Origin: Formivibrio citricus
GTDB lineage: Bacteria; Pseudomonadota; Gammaproteobacteria; Burkholderiales; Chitinibacteraceae
Direction of reading: 5' to 3'
Length of the DNA: 64,000 nucleotides
Assembly: GCF_900115065.1 (NCBI RefSeq)
Contig: NZ_FOVE01000010.1
Location: 1-64,000 of the forward strand
Shown here piece by piece: positions 1-9,982 of this stretch. How positions within the stretch are numbered: the first letter of the stretch is position 1; each line of letters begins with the position of its first letter. Position numbers and translations under genes: made by a program. The notes below the pieces were generated by a model. That model was not told the DNA's origin and did not search any database. It saw only the letters and a program-made list of their open reading frames with translations.

Positions 1-208
1 CGGATTCGGACACGCCCGGCGGGACACGATTGGTGATCAGGTCCATCAGGAAGGCTTCTTCACCCTTGGGCGGGTTGCGCAGCAGGAAGGCGACCGCGGC
101 AGTTTGCGTCGGGTTCAGCGGCAGCGGCGGGATGCCCATGGCGGCGCGTTCGGCGGCATGCTTGCGGTAGGCATCGAAAATGACGGATTTGCTCTTGGCG
201 TCATCCAT
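1..208 (-). CDS. acnB: Aconitate hydratase B, N-terminal part (runs off the window edge).
   Basis: The reverse-strand translation gives ...FDAYRKHAAERAAMGIPPLPLNPTQTAAVAFLLRNPPKGEEAFLMDLITNRVPPGV, which closely matches the AcnB N-terminus (EEYRKHVAERAAEGI...LLKNPPAGEEEFLLDLLTNRVPPGV). The likely ATG is at 206-208 (MDDAKSKSVIFDAYRKH). An in-frame upstream ATG exists at 356-358. The gene is not in the ORF track because it is truncated by the window edge. Confidence 0.75.
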   Translation of the reverse strand, partial: MDDAKSKSVIFDAYRKHAAERAAMGIPPLPLNPTQTAAVAFLLRNPPKGEEAFLMDLITNRVPPGVSES

Positions 209-411
209 CGGGATGCTGACCGGTGCGCTGCCCTTGGCGGCGGCGCCTTTGCCCTTTTGGGCAATCGCTTCCTTGGCTTCAGCTTGCGAGGTGATCGCGA
301 TGGTGGCGGCTGCGGTGGTGGCGGCACTGCGGATGATGAAACTGCGACGGTTTAGCATTTCTTCATTCCTCCTACAGGATTGAATAAAACTTTTTGATAA
401 CTACTTTTTAT

Positions 412-1314
412 TTAGAACCGGAACAACTGTGCCGGTGTTTGCGCCAATACGATCTTGCGTTCCGCCGGATCGGGCAGCCAGCTATCCAGCTGCTTGCGCA
501 TCGCCGGATAGGTGATCGTCTTTTCAAACGCGGTATTCGGCCAGTCGCTGCCCCATACCAGTCGATCCAGGCCAAAGGTTTCTTTCAATAACGGAATGGC
601 GGCCAGTGCTGTCGCTTCACCCGCTCCGCCCTTGCCATTGCGATACGCCCCGGAAATCTTGACCCACACCCGCCGGGTTTGGGCCGTGGACAGCAAATAG
701 CGGAAGCCAGGATCGTTCACGCCCAATTTGCCATCGGGCCGGCCGAAGTGATCCACAACCACCTTGACCCCGGCTTTGAGCAAGGGCTCCATGACCGCTT
801 TCAGATCCTTCGCCTCGCGATGTATTTCCACCTGCCAATCCAGCTTGACCAGATTGGCCAGGAAGCGCGGCCACGGTCCGCTGGTAAAGTCAGGGATACG
901 CACGCCGCCAACCCAGTTCAGGCGGATACCCACCACGCCGGCTTGGGCCATTTCAATCAACTCCGCCACGGGAATATCCGGATTCACGACGGCGATGCCG
1001 CGCAGCCTCCTCGGCTCGGCTCGCAGCGCTTCCAGCATGAAACTGTTGTCGGTACCGAGAAAACTCGGCTGAACCAGCACCCCATGCGTCATGCCGTTGG
1101 CATCGAGCACCTGCAAGTAATCCGCGAGCGTCGCATCGTAGTCGGGGGCATAGCGCCGGACATTGGCCAATTTCAAACCGCGTTTGAATACGTGGGCATG
1201 CGTATCGATGGCCATCTCTCCGGAGCCCATCAGGGAGCTTGCGCATCCCGGCAAGGTCGAAATGGCTGCCGTACCCAAAACCCCAAGACCAAACGCTCGA
1301 CGACTGATCTGCAT
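412..1314 (-). CDS. Amidohydrolase-2 family (TIM-barrel metal-dependent hydrolase) with a Tat-type signal and a lipobox.
   Basis: The N-terminus is MQISRRAFGLGVLGTAAISTLPGCASS (RR motif plus LPGC lipobox). The motif AIDTHAHVF and the DHFG/WGSDWP-like motifs are typical of amidohydrolase 2. ATG verified at 1312-1314. Confidence 0.65.
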   Translation of the reverse strand: MQISRRAFGLGVLGTAAISTLPGCASSLMGSGEMAIDTHAHVFKRGLKLANVRRYAPDYDATLADYLQVLDANGMTHGVLVQPSFLGTDNSFMLEALRAEPRRLRGIAVVNPDIPVAELIEMAQAGVVGIRLNWVGGVRIPDFTSGPWPRFLANLVKLDWQVEIHREAKDLKAVMEPLLKAGVKVVVDHFGRPDGKLGVNDPGFRYLLSTAQTRRVWVKISGAYRNGKGGAGEATALAAIPLLKETFGLDRLVWGSDWPNTAFEKTITYPAMRKQLDSWLPDPAERKIVLAQTPAQLFRF

Positions 1315-1357
1315 AACTCGTTCCTCTCAAAAGATTGGTTACGGAAACGCTGAACAA

Positions 1358-1464
1358 TTGCTGCGAAGGCGCATGGCTGCGTCGCGCGGTGCTCGAAATC
1401 CTCATGTATTTGCACATACATTGCGGTTTCTGCGCTCCGGGCTCCTTGCCCTGCGCCTTCTCGC
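1358..1464 (+). repeat. 107-bp repeat, copy 1. It is about 95% identical to the inverted copy at 26290-26395 and contains the internal palindrome ATGTAT-N6-ATACAT.
   Basis: Direct comparison of the two sequences shows 4 substitutions and 1 indel over about 107 bp. The ORF track also yields near-identical spurious peptides (HEDFEHRATQ / RGARNPHVF) at both loci. Confidence 0.85.
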
Positions 1465-1484
1465 CGACTTGTTCAGTCGCCTCC

Positions 1485-2219
1485 TTAGCGGATTTCTACG
1501 TGATAACGGAAATGGCTGGCCAAGCCACAGTAACGACGCCACTCCAGCGGTTGCTGGTCATACCCGAATGCCACGCGCTCCACCGTGATCACCGCCGTGC
1601 CCTCGGCGATCTGCAGCAGCTCGGCATCCTTGGCGCCGACCGGCTCGACGGTCAGATACTCTTGAGCCGAGGCCACTGCACAGCCAACGCGTTCTTCGTA
1701 AAAGGGGTAAAGCAGGTTGCCGAATTCGCTCAAGGGAATATCCAGCAGCGCCGAGAATTTTTCCTTGGGCAACCAGATGGATTCGGAAAGGAGGGGGCGC
1801 TGATTGATCAAGCGCACGCGGGTCAAATGGATGACGGGAGAACCAGCCGTGATATTGAGCCCTTGCGCGACCTGCGCCGGCGCTTCAACGACCTCACGGT
1901 TCAGCACCCGCCCTTCCGGAGCCAGCGGTTCGCCGGTTTCACTCTGGAAACGGAAAAAACGGAACATCGCATTGTCAAAACTGGCCCGCCGCACGAAAGT
2001 TCCCCGCCCCTGGAAACGTTCCAGCACCCCTTCCGCTACCAGTTTGTCGACAGCCTTGCGCACGGTGCCGATCGATACGCCGTAATGACTGACCAACTCG
2101 GCTTCGGTCGGGATGGCCTCGCCGGGACGCCAGCGATTCTCGGCAATGTTGGCCGCCAGCTCATCGCGGAGCCTTTGGTAGAGCGGCAGACGGTCGTCGT
2201 TGGAGAAGGTGAATGTCAT
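1485..2219 (-). CDS. GntR-family transcriptional regulator, HutC/UTRA subfamily.
   Basis: The wHTH segment is LPLYQRLRDELAANIAENRWRPGEAIPTEAELVSHYGVSIGTVRKAVDKLVAEGVLERFQGRGTFV, followed by a UTRA-like C-terminal domain. ATG verified at 2217-2219 (MTFTFSND). The longer track ORF begins at an upstream alternative start. Confidence 0.85.
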   Translation of the reverse strand: MTFTFSNDDRLPLYQRLRDELAANIAENRWRPGEAIPTEAELVSHYGVSIGTVRKAVDKLVAEGVLERFQGRGTFVRRASFDNAMFRFFRFQSETGEPLAPEGRVLNREVVEAPAQVAQGLNITAGSPVIHLTRVRLINQRPLLSESIWLPKEKFSALLDIPLSEFGNLLYPFYEERVGCAVASAQEYLTVEPVGAKDAELLQIAEGTAVITVERVAFGYDQQPLEWRRYCGLASHFRYHVEIR

Positions 2220-2493
2220 GGCATCAAATTCATATATACGAATATATGTTATTATTGCCACAACTCGGAGCGAGGGTCAACGCCTGTCGGTGACGCGCAA
2301 TCGGGAATTATCTGCGACCGGATGAGCAGCAGCCTCCAACCGGATCAGGGGCTTGAGCCTTGCAGATTCAAACCCTGACGTGACAAGCTACCGGAACAGA
2401 CGGGCGGTTTGGGGAACTACGGATTTGAGCGGGCATCCTCGCGAATTTTCAACGCAAGGCCGCAAACTCGGGTGGGATTCAATCGTGACAGCA

Positions 2494-3774
2494 ATGATCA
2501 TCGTGGCAATCGTCGTTTCAATCGCCCTCGGCTATAAAACCGGGATCAACACCGGCTTGTTTGCGATTGCTTTTGCTTATCTGATTGGATGTTTTGGCCT
2601 GAATCTTGAACCGTCGACCGTCATTTCATTCTGGCCACTGCATATTTTCTTCATCATCTTTTCGGTCTCGGTCTTCTACAACTTTGCCATTGCCAACGGA
2701 ACGCTGGAAAAGCTGGCCGGCCACTTGATCCTGCGCTGCCAGAAACATCCTCATTCGCTGCCTTTCGCCGTGTTCTTTTCCGCCACACTGATCGCCGGAA
2801 TGGGGCCGGGCTTTTACACCGTATTGGCCTTCATGGCGCCGCTGACCCTGATGCTTTGCGACAAAACGGGGATGAGCCGGGTTCTGGGCGCCATGGCCGT
2901 CAACTACGGCGCACTGGCCGGCGCCAACTTGATGACCAGTCAGAGCGGGATCATCTTCAGGGAGCTGATGCAGTCTGCCGGAGCCACGCCGGAAGCGGCC
3001 TTCATCAACGCAACCGGCATTTTTGTCGTGACGCTCGTCATTCCCGTCGTTGTCATCACGGGCTTTTTTGCTTTATCCGGGAACAAAGACCGGGTGATTT
3101 TTGAAGCGGGCAAACCGGCGCCGTTCGATGCCCAACAAAAAACCACCCTGGCTCTTGTTTCAGTCATGCTGGGAATCGTGCTTCTGGTTCCGGTCCTGCA
3201 CATGCTGGTTCCCGGCAACCCAGGCATCACTTTCATTTATTCGAAGATGGATATTGGCCTGGTCGCGGCGATCTTTTCCGTGATCGCGCTCTTGCTGAAT
3301 CTGGCCGACGAGAAAAAAGTTCTTTCGATGGTGCCATGGAGCACCCTGATCATGATCTGCGGGGTCGGCATGCTGATATCGATCGCCATTGAGGCCGGCT
3401 CCATCGAGATGCTGTCCGGCTGGATCGGATCGCATCTTCCTGCCGCCATCATCCCGCTGGCGATGTGCCTGATCGCGGCGATCATGTCGCTCTTTTCAAG
3501 CACGCTGGGCGTTGTCACGCCGGCGCTCTTCCCGATTGTGCCGGCCATTGCGGCAGCGTCAGGCCACAGCGAAATGCTGCTGTTTGCCAGCATCGTCGTC
3601 GGCGCCCAAGCTTCGGCAATCTCGCCGTTTTCCTCGGGCGGAAGCCTGATTCTTGGCGCCAGTACTTCCGAAGAATGCCGCACCCGATTGTTTCCCGAAC
3701 TGCTTTTCAAGGCCGTCCCCATCGGGTGGCTCATGGCAATTACGGCGACGCTGGTTTTGTCCCGATTCGGCTAA
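2494..3774 (+). CDS. Polytopic membrane permease, ion-transporter-superfamily-like (DcuC/NhaC/YfcC-type). The family is not resolved.
   Basis: About 12 predicted hydrophobic helices, for example GIFVVTLVIPVVVITGFFALSG and MICGVGMLISIAIEAGSIEMLSGWIG. The first 47 aa of the track ORF are hydrophilic and read antisense to the GntR gene, so I place the start at ATG 2494 (GTG 2485 is an alternative). Confidence 0.55.
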   Translation: MIIVAIVVSIALGYKTGINTGLFAIAFAYLIGCFGLNLEPSTVISFWPLHIFFIIFSVSVFYNFAIANGTLEKLAGHLILRCQKHPHSLPFAVFFSATLIAGMGPGFYTVLAFMAPLTLMLCDKTGMSRVLGAMAVNYGALAGANLMTSQSGIIFRELMQSAGATPEAAFINATGIFVVTLVIPVVVITGFFALSGNKDRVIFEAGKPAPFDAQQKTTLALVSVMLGIVLLVPVLHMLVPGNPGITFIYSKMDIGLVAAIFSVIALLLNLADEKKVLSMVPWSTLIMICGVGMLISIAIEAGSIEMLSGWIGSHLPAAIIPLAMCLIAAIMSLFSSTLGVVTPALFPIVPAIAAASGHSEMLLFASIVVGAQASAISPFSSGGSLILGASTSEECRTRLFPELLFKAVPIGWLMAITATLVLSRFG

Positions 3775-3775
3775 A

Positions 3776-4537
3776 TCAGCTCCGCTGACGACGGAAACGC
3801 CAGGTCATGTCATCCGACTGCGCAGCCTCAAAACCGTACCCTTCCAGATCGAAGCCCTTGAGCTGCTGCGGGTCTTCCACACCGTTGAGCGCCGCCCAGC
3901 GCACCATCAAGCCGCGCGCCCGCTTGGCATGGAAGCTCACGATCTTGTATTTGCCGCCCGACCAGTCCTCGAACACCGGGGTGATCACCGGGCAGGCAAG
4001 CCGGCGCGTGTTCACCGCCTTGAAGTATTCGTTGGAGGCCAGGTTCACCACCACGCCGGGATTCAGTGCGTTGATCGCATCGGTCAGGGTATCGCCCCAG
4101 AAGGCATACAAATCCTTGCCGCGCGGGTTGGGCAGTGCCGTACCCATCTCCAGCCGATAGGGCTGCATCAGGTCGAGCGGGCGCAGCAGTCCGTAGAGGC
4201 CGGAAAGGATGCGCAGATGCCGGTTCAGGTAGTCGATCCTGGCCGCTTCGAGACTGGCCGCGTCCAGCCCTTCATAGACATCGCCCATGAACATGAACAG
4301 CGCCTGCTTGGCGTTCTGCAGATTGAATTCCGGGCTCCAGCCCTGATAGCGCTCATAGTTGAGGCGCGCGAGCTTGTCGGACAAGCCCATCAGTTCAGCG
4401 AGTTCCTGCGGGGCTTTCTGCTTGAGAAGGCCGACCAGCCCGGCAGAGCGGTCGAGAAAATCGGGGCGGGAATGGTCGGAAACGGGCGGGGGCGTCGTGG
4501 TGTCGAGCGTCTTGGCGGGGGAAATCAGCATCAGCAT
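3776..4537 (-). CDS. yaaA: Peroxide stress protein YaaA (UPF0246/DUF328).
   Basis: Characteristic N-terminus MLMLISPAKTLD, and the full-length sequence resembles YaaA. Confidence 0.9.
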   Translation of the reverse strand: MLMLISPAKTLDTTTPPPVSDHSRPDFLDRSAGLVGLLKQKAPQELAELMGLSDKLARLNYERYQGWSPEFNLQNAKQALFMFMGDVYEGLDAASLEAARIDYLNRHLRILSGLYGLLRPLDLMQPYRLEMGTALPNPRGKDLYAFWGDTLTDAINALNPGVVVNLASNEYFKAVNTRRLACPVITPVFEDWSGGKYKIVSFHAKRARGLMVRWAALNGVEDPQQLKGFDLEGYGFEAAQSDDMTWRFRRQRS

Positions 4538-4620
4538 GGCGGGCTCCGGCGATCTGTCATGCCCCGATCATAACGCCGGTGCCGCCATGAAAAAACCGCC
4601 TGAGCAAGGCGGTCTTTCGG

Positions 4621-5010
4621 TCAGTGCGGTTTCGCGTAGATGGCAGACGGGTCTTTGAGTACCGGATCGGTCACAACCCACTCGCCGTCCTTGAACGCGC
4701 GGTAGAAACAGCTTTCGCGCCCGGTATGGCAGGCGATGCCGCCCTCCTGTTCGATCAGGTAGATCAGCACATCGCCATCGCAATCGATGCGCATCTCGTG
4801 CACGCGCTGGAAATGGCCGGACTCTTCACCCTTGTGCCAGAGCTTCTGACGCGAGCGCGTCCAGTAATGCGCCGTGCCCTTCTCCGCCGTCAGCGCCACG
4901 GCTTCGCGGTTGGCATAGGCGAACATCAGCACGCGCCCGGAGGTCTTGTCCTGCGCAATCACCGGCACGAGGCCGGCACTGTCGAATTTGATTTCATCAA
5001 GCCAGGTCAT
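4621..5010 (-). CDS. hisI: Phosphoribosyl-AMP cyclohydrolase.
   Basis: [21 protein letters not shown]...[27 protein letters not shown] matches the HisI family. The track ORF starts at GTG 5026-5028. The in-frame ATG is at 5008-5010. No hisE follows. Confidence 0.9.
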   Translation of the reverse strand: MTWLDEIKFDSAGLVPVIAQDKTSGRVLMFAYANREAVALTAEKGTAHYWTRSRQKLWHKGEESGHFQRVHEMRIDCDGDVLIYLIEQEGGIACHTGRESCFYRAFKDGEWVVTDPVLKDPSAIYAKPH

Positions 5011-5020
5011 GGGCAAAACC

Positions 5021-5100
5021 TTCACCACAGAGTCACAGAGACACGGAGAAAATATTGAGGGAGGGTTTTCTCCCCTTCTCTGTGTCTCTGTGGTTCAAAG
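5021..5100. repeat. REP-like palindromic intergenic element, copy A, between hisI and hisF.
   Basis: The arms are CACCACAGAGTCACAGAGACACGGAGAAAA and TTTTCTCCCCTTCTCTGTGTCTCTGTGGTTCAAA, which are imperfectly reverse-complementary around a short loop. Confidence 0.8.
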
Positions 5101-5103
5101 AAT

Positions 5104-5877
<774 letters not shown>

Positions 5878-5895
5878 GGAAATTCCTGAAAAGCT

Positions 5896-5999
5896 ATTCA
5901 CCACAGAGGCACAGGGAAAGGGAGAAAACCGGAAGAACCCAAGAGTTGAAAAAACTCCCGATTCTGGTTTTCCTCCTGCCCTCTGTGCCTCTGTGGTCC
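5896..5999. repeat. REP-like palindromic intergenic element, copy B, between hisF and hisA.
   Basis: The arms are TTCACCACAGAGGCACAGGGAAAGGGAGAAAACC and GGTTTTCCTCCTGCCCTCTGTGCCTCTGTGGTCC, separated by a loop of about 25 bp. Confidence 0.8.
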
Positions 6000-6006
6000 A
6001 AAAAAT

Positions 6007-6747
6007 TTAGGCAGACAGCTGGTCGGCCAGATCCTGTGCGGCCTGGAAGTCGATCGTGCCTTCGTAGATCGCGCGGCCGGTGATCACGCCTTCGATGCCT
6101 TCCTTCTCCACGGCGCACAATGCCTTGACGTCGTCGAGGTTGGTCAGGCCGCCCGAAGCGATAACCGGGATCGTCAGCGCCTGCGCGAGCTTGACCGTGG
6201 CTTCGATGTTCACGCCGGAGAGCATGCCGTCGCGGCCGATGTCGGTGTAGATCACGGATTCGACGCCGTAATCCTGGAAGCGCTTGGCGAGATCGATCAC
6301 GTCATGGTCGGTGACCTTGGCCCAGCCGTCGGTCGCCACCTTGCCGCCCTTGGCATCCAGCCCCACGATGATGTGGCCGGGGAAGGCGTCGCAGGCTTCG
6401 TGCAGGAAGCCCGGCTGCTTGACCGCAGCGGTGCCGATGATCACGTAATCGATACCGGCATCAAGGTATTGCTCGATGGTTTCCAGGCTGCGGATGCCGC
6501 CGCCCAGTTGCACCGGGATTTCACCGTCGATTTCCTTAAGAATGCCCTTGATGGCATTCAGGTTCTTCGGCTTGCCAGCAAAGGCGCCGTTCAGGTCGAC
6601 CAGATGCAGGCGACGCGCGCCCTTGTCCAGCCAGTGAGCGGCCATGGCGGCGGGTTCTTCGGAAAACACGGTCGCGTCTTCCATCAGGCCTTGGCGCAAA
6701 CGTACGCACTGGCCGTCCTTCAGATCAATGGCAGGGATAATCAGCAT
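6007..6747 (-). CDS. hisA: ProFAR isomerase.
   Basis: [20 protein letters not shown]...; the full-length sequence matches HisA. Confidence 0.95.
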   Translation of the reverse strand: MLIIPAIDLKDGQCVRLRQGLMEDATVFSEEPAAMAAHWLDKGARRLHLVDLNGAFAGKPKNLNAIKGILKEIDGEIPVQLGGGIRSLETIEQYLDAGIDYVIIGTAAVKQPGFLHEACDAFPGHIIVGLDAKGGKVATDGWAKVTDHDVIDLAKRFQDYGVESVIYTDIGRDGMLSGVNIEATVKLAQALTIPVIASGGLTNLDDVKALCAVEKEGIEGVITGRAIYEGTIDFQAAQDLADQLSA

Positions 6748-6794
6748 GATGGTTCAGGCAATCAGATAAATGATTGATAAAAAAGTGGAACGGA

Positions 6795-7436
6795 TCAGAA
6801 GCAACCATTCCAGTGTACGAAATTTTCCAGGAGTTTGAGGCCCGCATTGTGGCTTTTTTCCGGGTGGCACTGGATGGCAAAAATATTGGCCCGCGCCACG
6901 GCCGCAGCAAAGCGGTAGGGGTAGGCACTTTCGATCACGGCGATATCGTCCGCCGGGACGAAATGGTAGCTGTGCACGAAGTAGAAGCGCTCGCCGTCGG
7001 GGATGCCCGCCCAGAGCGGATGATCCTTGAGGATGAACATCTCGTTCCAGCCCATGTGCGGCACCTTGAGCTTCTGGCCGTGTTCGTCGTGCATCTTGTC
7101 GGCCGGGAAACGGATGACCTTGCCCTTGAACACACCCAGGCCCGGCGTATCGCCTTCCTCGCTGAATTCGAACAGGAGCTGCGCACCGACGCAGATACCG
7201 AGGAACGGCTTGGTTTTGGCGGCATCGAGCACGGCCTGTTTCAAGCCGCGCGCTTCGAGCTCGCGCATGCAGTCGGGCATCGCGCCCTGACCGGGGAACA
7301 CCACCTTGTCGGCAGCGGCCACAACCGCCGGATCGGCGGTGAGGATGATTTCGGCGGCATCGCCCGCCACATGCTCCAGCGCCTTGGTTACCGAGCGCAG
7401 GTTGCCCATGCCATAGTCAACGACAGCAATTTTCAT
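6795..7436 (-). CDS. hisH: Imidazole glycerol phosphate synthase, glutamine amidotransferase subunit.
   Basis: MKIAVVDYGMGNLRSV...GICVGAQLLF...HPEKS, the class-I GATase triad context. Confidence 0.95.
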   Translation of the reverse strand: MKIAVVDYGMGNLRSVTKALEHVAGDAAEIILTADPAVVAAADKVVFPGQGAMPDCMRELEARGLKQAVLDAAKTKPFLGICVGAQLLFEFSEEGDTPGLGVFKGKVIRFPADKMHDEHGQKLKVPHMGWNEMFILKDHPLWAGIPDGERFYFVHSYHFVPADDIAVIESAYPYRFAAAVARANIFAIQCHPEKSHNAGLKLLENFVHWNGCF

Positions 7437-7437
7437 C

Positions 7438-8031
7438 TCAGCCTGCCAGTGTGCCCTTGGTGGAAGGCATCATGCCTGCCATGCGTTCGTCGAATTCCAC
7501 GGCCATGCGCAGCGCGCGGCCAAAAGCCTTGAATACCGTCTCGGCCTGATGGTGCGCATTGTCGCCACGCAGGTTGTCGATGTGCAGCGTCACGGCAGCG
7601 TGATTGACGAAACCGCGGAAGAACTCGCCGAACAGCTCGGTATCGAACTGGCCGATTTTCTCGCGCTTGTATTCGACTTCATGCACCAGACCGGGACGGC
7701 CGGACAGGTCGACCACGACGCGGCTCAGGGCCTCGTCGAGCGCCACATAGGCATGGCCGTAGCGGCGTACGCCCTTCTTGTCGCCGAGCGCCTTGGCAAA
7801 CGCCTGGCCGAGCGTGATGCCGATGTCCTCCACCGTGTGGTGCGCATCGATATGCAGATCGCCGCTGGCCGCGATCTCCAGATCGAACAGGCCGTGGCGC
7901 GCGATCTGGTCGAGCATGTGGTCGAGGAACGGCACGCCGGTATCGAATTTCGACTGGCCGGAACCATCCAGATTCAGCGTGACGGTGATCCGGGTTTCCA
8001 GCGTATTGCGGGTAACGGTAACTTGGCGCAT
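7438..8031 (-). CDS. hisB: Imidazoleglycerol-phosphate dehydratase.
   Basis: [25 protein letters not shown]...HHTVEDIGI...; ATG verified at 8029-8031. A 240-bp intergenic region lies upstream, with no hisC/hisD/hisG adjacent. Confidence 0.95.
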   Translation of the reverse strand: MRQVTVTRNTLETRITVTLNLDGSGQSKFDTGVPFLDHMLDQIARHGLFDLEIAASGDLHIDAHHTVEDIGITLGQAFAKALGDKKGVRRYGHAYVALDEALSRVVVDLSGRPGLVHEVEYKREKIGQFDTELFGEFFRGFVNHAAVTLHIDNLRGDNAHHQAETVFKAFGRALRMAVEFDERMAGMMPSTKGTLAG

Positions 8032-8187
8032 GGCTTTTTCAAAACGGAAACGGCCGCAAACGCGGCTAAGCCCTGATTGTCCAACAGAATTCGTGTGGCG
8101 TGAAGCCAAATATAAGGGTTATCCCCGAGAAATGGCTTGTGACTTCCCGGCATTGCAAAACCCTCTGCATAAAATTTCGGCATGGCC

Positions 8188-8214
8188 TCAAGTTTTTGAG
8201 CTGACAGCCGATCT
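8188..8214 (+). promoter_or_regulatory. Putative sigma-28 (FliA) promoter for the flagellin gene.
   Basis: tcAAGTTT-N11-GCCGATct compared with the consensus TAAAGTTT-N11-GCCGATAA. It lies about 60 bp upstream of the flagellin ATG. Confidence 0.55.
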
Positions 8215-8272
8215 TACGATAGCGATCCCTGTCATTGGGATGGCTTTACACGTTTGCGAGACATAAGCTGCC

Positions 8273-9982
8273 ATGCAGATCCAGACCAACGTGCCGTCGC
8301 TGTTTGTTCAGCGCCAGCTCGAAAAATCCTCCGAGGGGCTCAATACGAGCCTTCGGCGGTTGTCGTCCGGACTGCGCATCAATTCCGCGAAAGACGATGC
8401 CGCCGGACTGGCGATCAGCGAGCGCATGGATTCGCTGATACGCGGCAACACCCAGGCGCGCCGCAACGTGAACGACGGTGTTTCCCTGCTGCAGACCGCA
8501 GAGGGCGCCATGCAAACGGTAACGGACAGCATCCAGCGCATTCGCGAGCTGGCCGTGCAGGCCGCCAACGCCACCAACAGTTTGGGCGACAAACAGGCCC
8601 TGCAGCAGGAAGCCAACCAGCTCTTGCAAAACATCGACCAGATCGCCGGCCAAACCGAATTCAACGGCGAAAAAATCTTCTCGCAAAACCGCAACAGCCT
8701 GAGCGGCACCGCCGCCGAACGGGCCGTACTCGATGGCTTGAAGCTGGGCTGGCTCGAAGAATCCGTCGAGCGCATCCAGACCTATTACGGCATCACGGGC
8801 GACAACGCCGCCACGCTCGAAATCGTTCTGACGCCACCAGTCGGCTCCGGGCTCACCTCCTCGCCCGGCGGCGTACTGGCCGCGGTCGGCAGCCTGACCG
8901 GCACAGCCGACGGACAGGGCCGCACGCTCAATCCCTTCCTCTATGTTGACATGGCGGATTTCACCCCGCCCAACCTGCCCGACGGCGGCAGCGCGCCGAT
9001 CTACAACGACCGGATCATCGCGCACGAGATGGTGCATGCCGTCATGGGCCGATCGATGAATTTCAACAGCGTGGGCGCACTGCCAAGCTGGTTCAAGGAA
9101 GGCGCGGCCGAATTCATCCACGGCGCAGACGAGCGCCTGAGCACGGATTACAACGGCGGCGCCGGCCTGGCAACGATCCTCACGGCATTCGGCAACGACG
9201 ATGTATCGGCCAGCGCCGGCTATTCGGCAGGCTACGCCGCAGTTCGCTACATGCACCAGAAGATCAAGGAAGCGGGCGGGGACGGCATCAAGGACATCAT
9301 GGTCTACCTGAACCAGAATGCCGGTTCCGATCTCTCCCAAGCCCTGACCAATGCGAGCAGTGGCGCTTTTGCCGATCTGGCGGGCTTCAAGGCCGATTTC
9401 AATGCCGATGCCGGAGCATTCATCGGCGGCATGAACCTGACCAACTCCGACACCGGCGCCATCGGCGGATACGACACCGATCAGGGATCGGTCCTCTCGG
9501 CCAAGGATATTCTTCTGGATCGCGGCGACACCATCGCCGAAACGCAGGTCGACGGCTTCGCGCTGGATTACCAGAGCGTGGGCGGCGTGGACCGGAAGAG
9601 CTTTGCCCTGCAGGTTGGCGCCAAGAGCAACGAAACCATTACGGCCTCGATCGCAGCCATGAACGTCTCCGCGCTGGGAATCGACAGCGTCGATCTCGTC
9701 AACCTGCCGCAGTTTGCCCTGTACGACCTCGACAAGGCGCTGGATTTCGTCAGCAAGCATCGCGCGGAAATCGGTGGAGCCCAATCACGGCTGGAAAGCA
9801 CCGCCGCCCAACTGGAAACGTCCATCGAAAGCCAGTCGGCCGCCCGTTCGCGCATCCGCGACGCGGATTACGCCACCGAAACCGCCTCCCTCACCCGGCA
9901 GAACATCCTGCGGCAAGCGGGCACCGCGATGCTGTCGCAAGCCAACAGCATGCCCAACCTCGTCCTGCAACTGCTCCGCTAA
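8273..9982 (+). CDS. Flagellin with an embedded HExxH zinc-metallopeptidase-like central domain (flagellinolysin-type proteolytic flagellin).
   Basis: The N-terminal D0/D1 region is MQIQTNVPSLFVQRQLEKSSEGLNTSLRRLSSGLRINSAKDDAAG and the C-terminal D0 region is ...LTRQNILRQAGTAMLSQANSMPNLVLQLLR. The hypervariable region contains IAHEMVHAVMG followed by EGAAEFIHG, that is HExxH plus a downstream Glu. Confidence 0.8.
   Translation: MQIQTNVPSLFVQRQLEKSSEGLNTSLRRLSSGLRINSAKDDAAGLAISERMDSLIRGNTQARRNVNDGVSLLQTAEGAMQTVTDSIQRIRELAVQAANATNSLGDKQALQQEANQLLQNIDQIAGQTEFNGEKIFSQNRNSLSGTAAERAVLDGLKLGWLEESVERIQTYYGITGDNAATLEIVLTPPVGSGLTSSPGGVLAAVGSLTGTADGQGRTLNPFLYVDMADFTPPNLPDGGSAPIYNDRIIAHEMVHAVMGRSMNFNSVGALPSWFKEGAAEFIHGADERLSTDYNGGAGLATILTAFGNDDVSASAGYSAGYAAVRYMHQKIKEAGGDGIKDIMVYLNQNAGSDLSQALTNASSGAFADLAGFKADFNADAGAFIGGMNLTNSDTGAIGGYDTDQGSVLSAKDILLDRGDTIAETQVDGFALDYQSVGGVDRKSFALQVGAKSNETITASIAAMNVSALGIDSVDLVNLPQFALYDLDKALDFVSKHRAEIGGAQSRLESTAAQLETSIESQSAARSRIRDADYATETASLTRQNILRQAGTAMLSQANSMPNLVLQLLR

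Noticed and set aside
2353-2493. 47-aa N-terminal extension of the permease ORF (MSLADSNPDV...).
   Set aside because: It is hydrophilic and Arg-rich, and it overlaps the 5' region of the divergently arranged GntR gene. I prefer the ATG at 2494, just before the first TM helix.
8246-9784. 512-aa ORF on the minus strand.
   Set aside because: It lies fully antisense to the flagellin gene and has no motifs. It is a typical GC-rich frame artefact.
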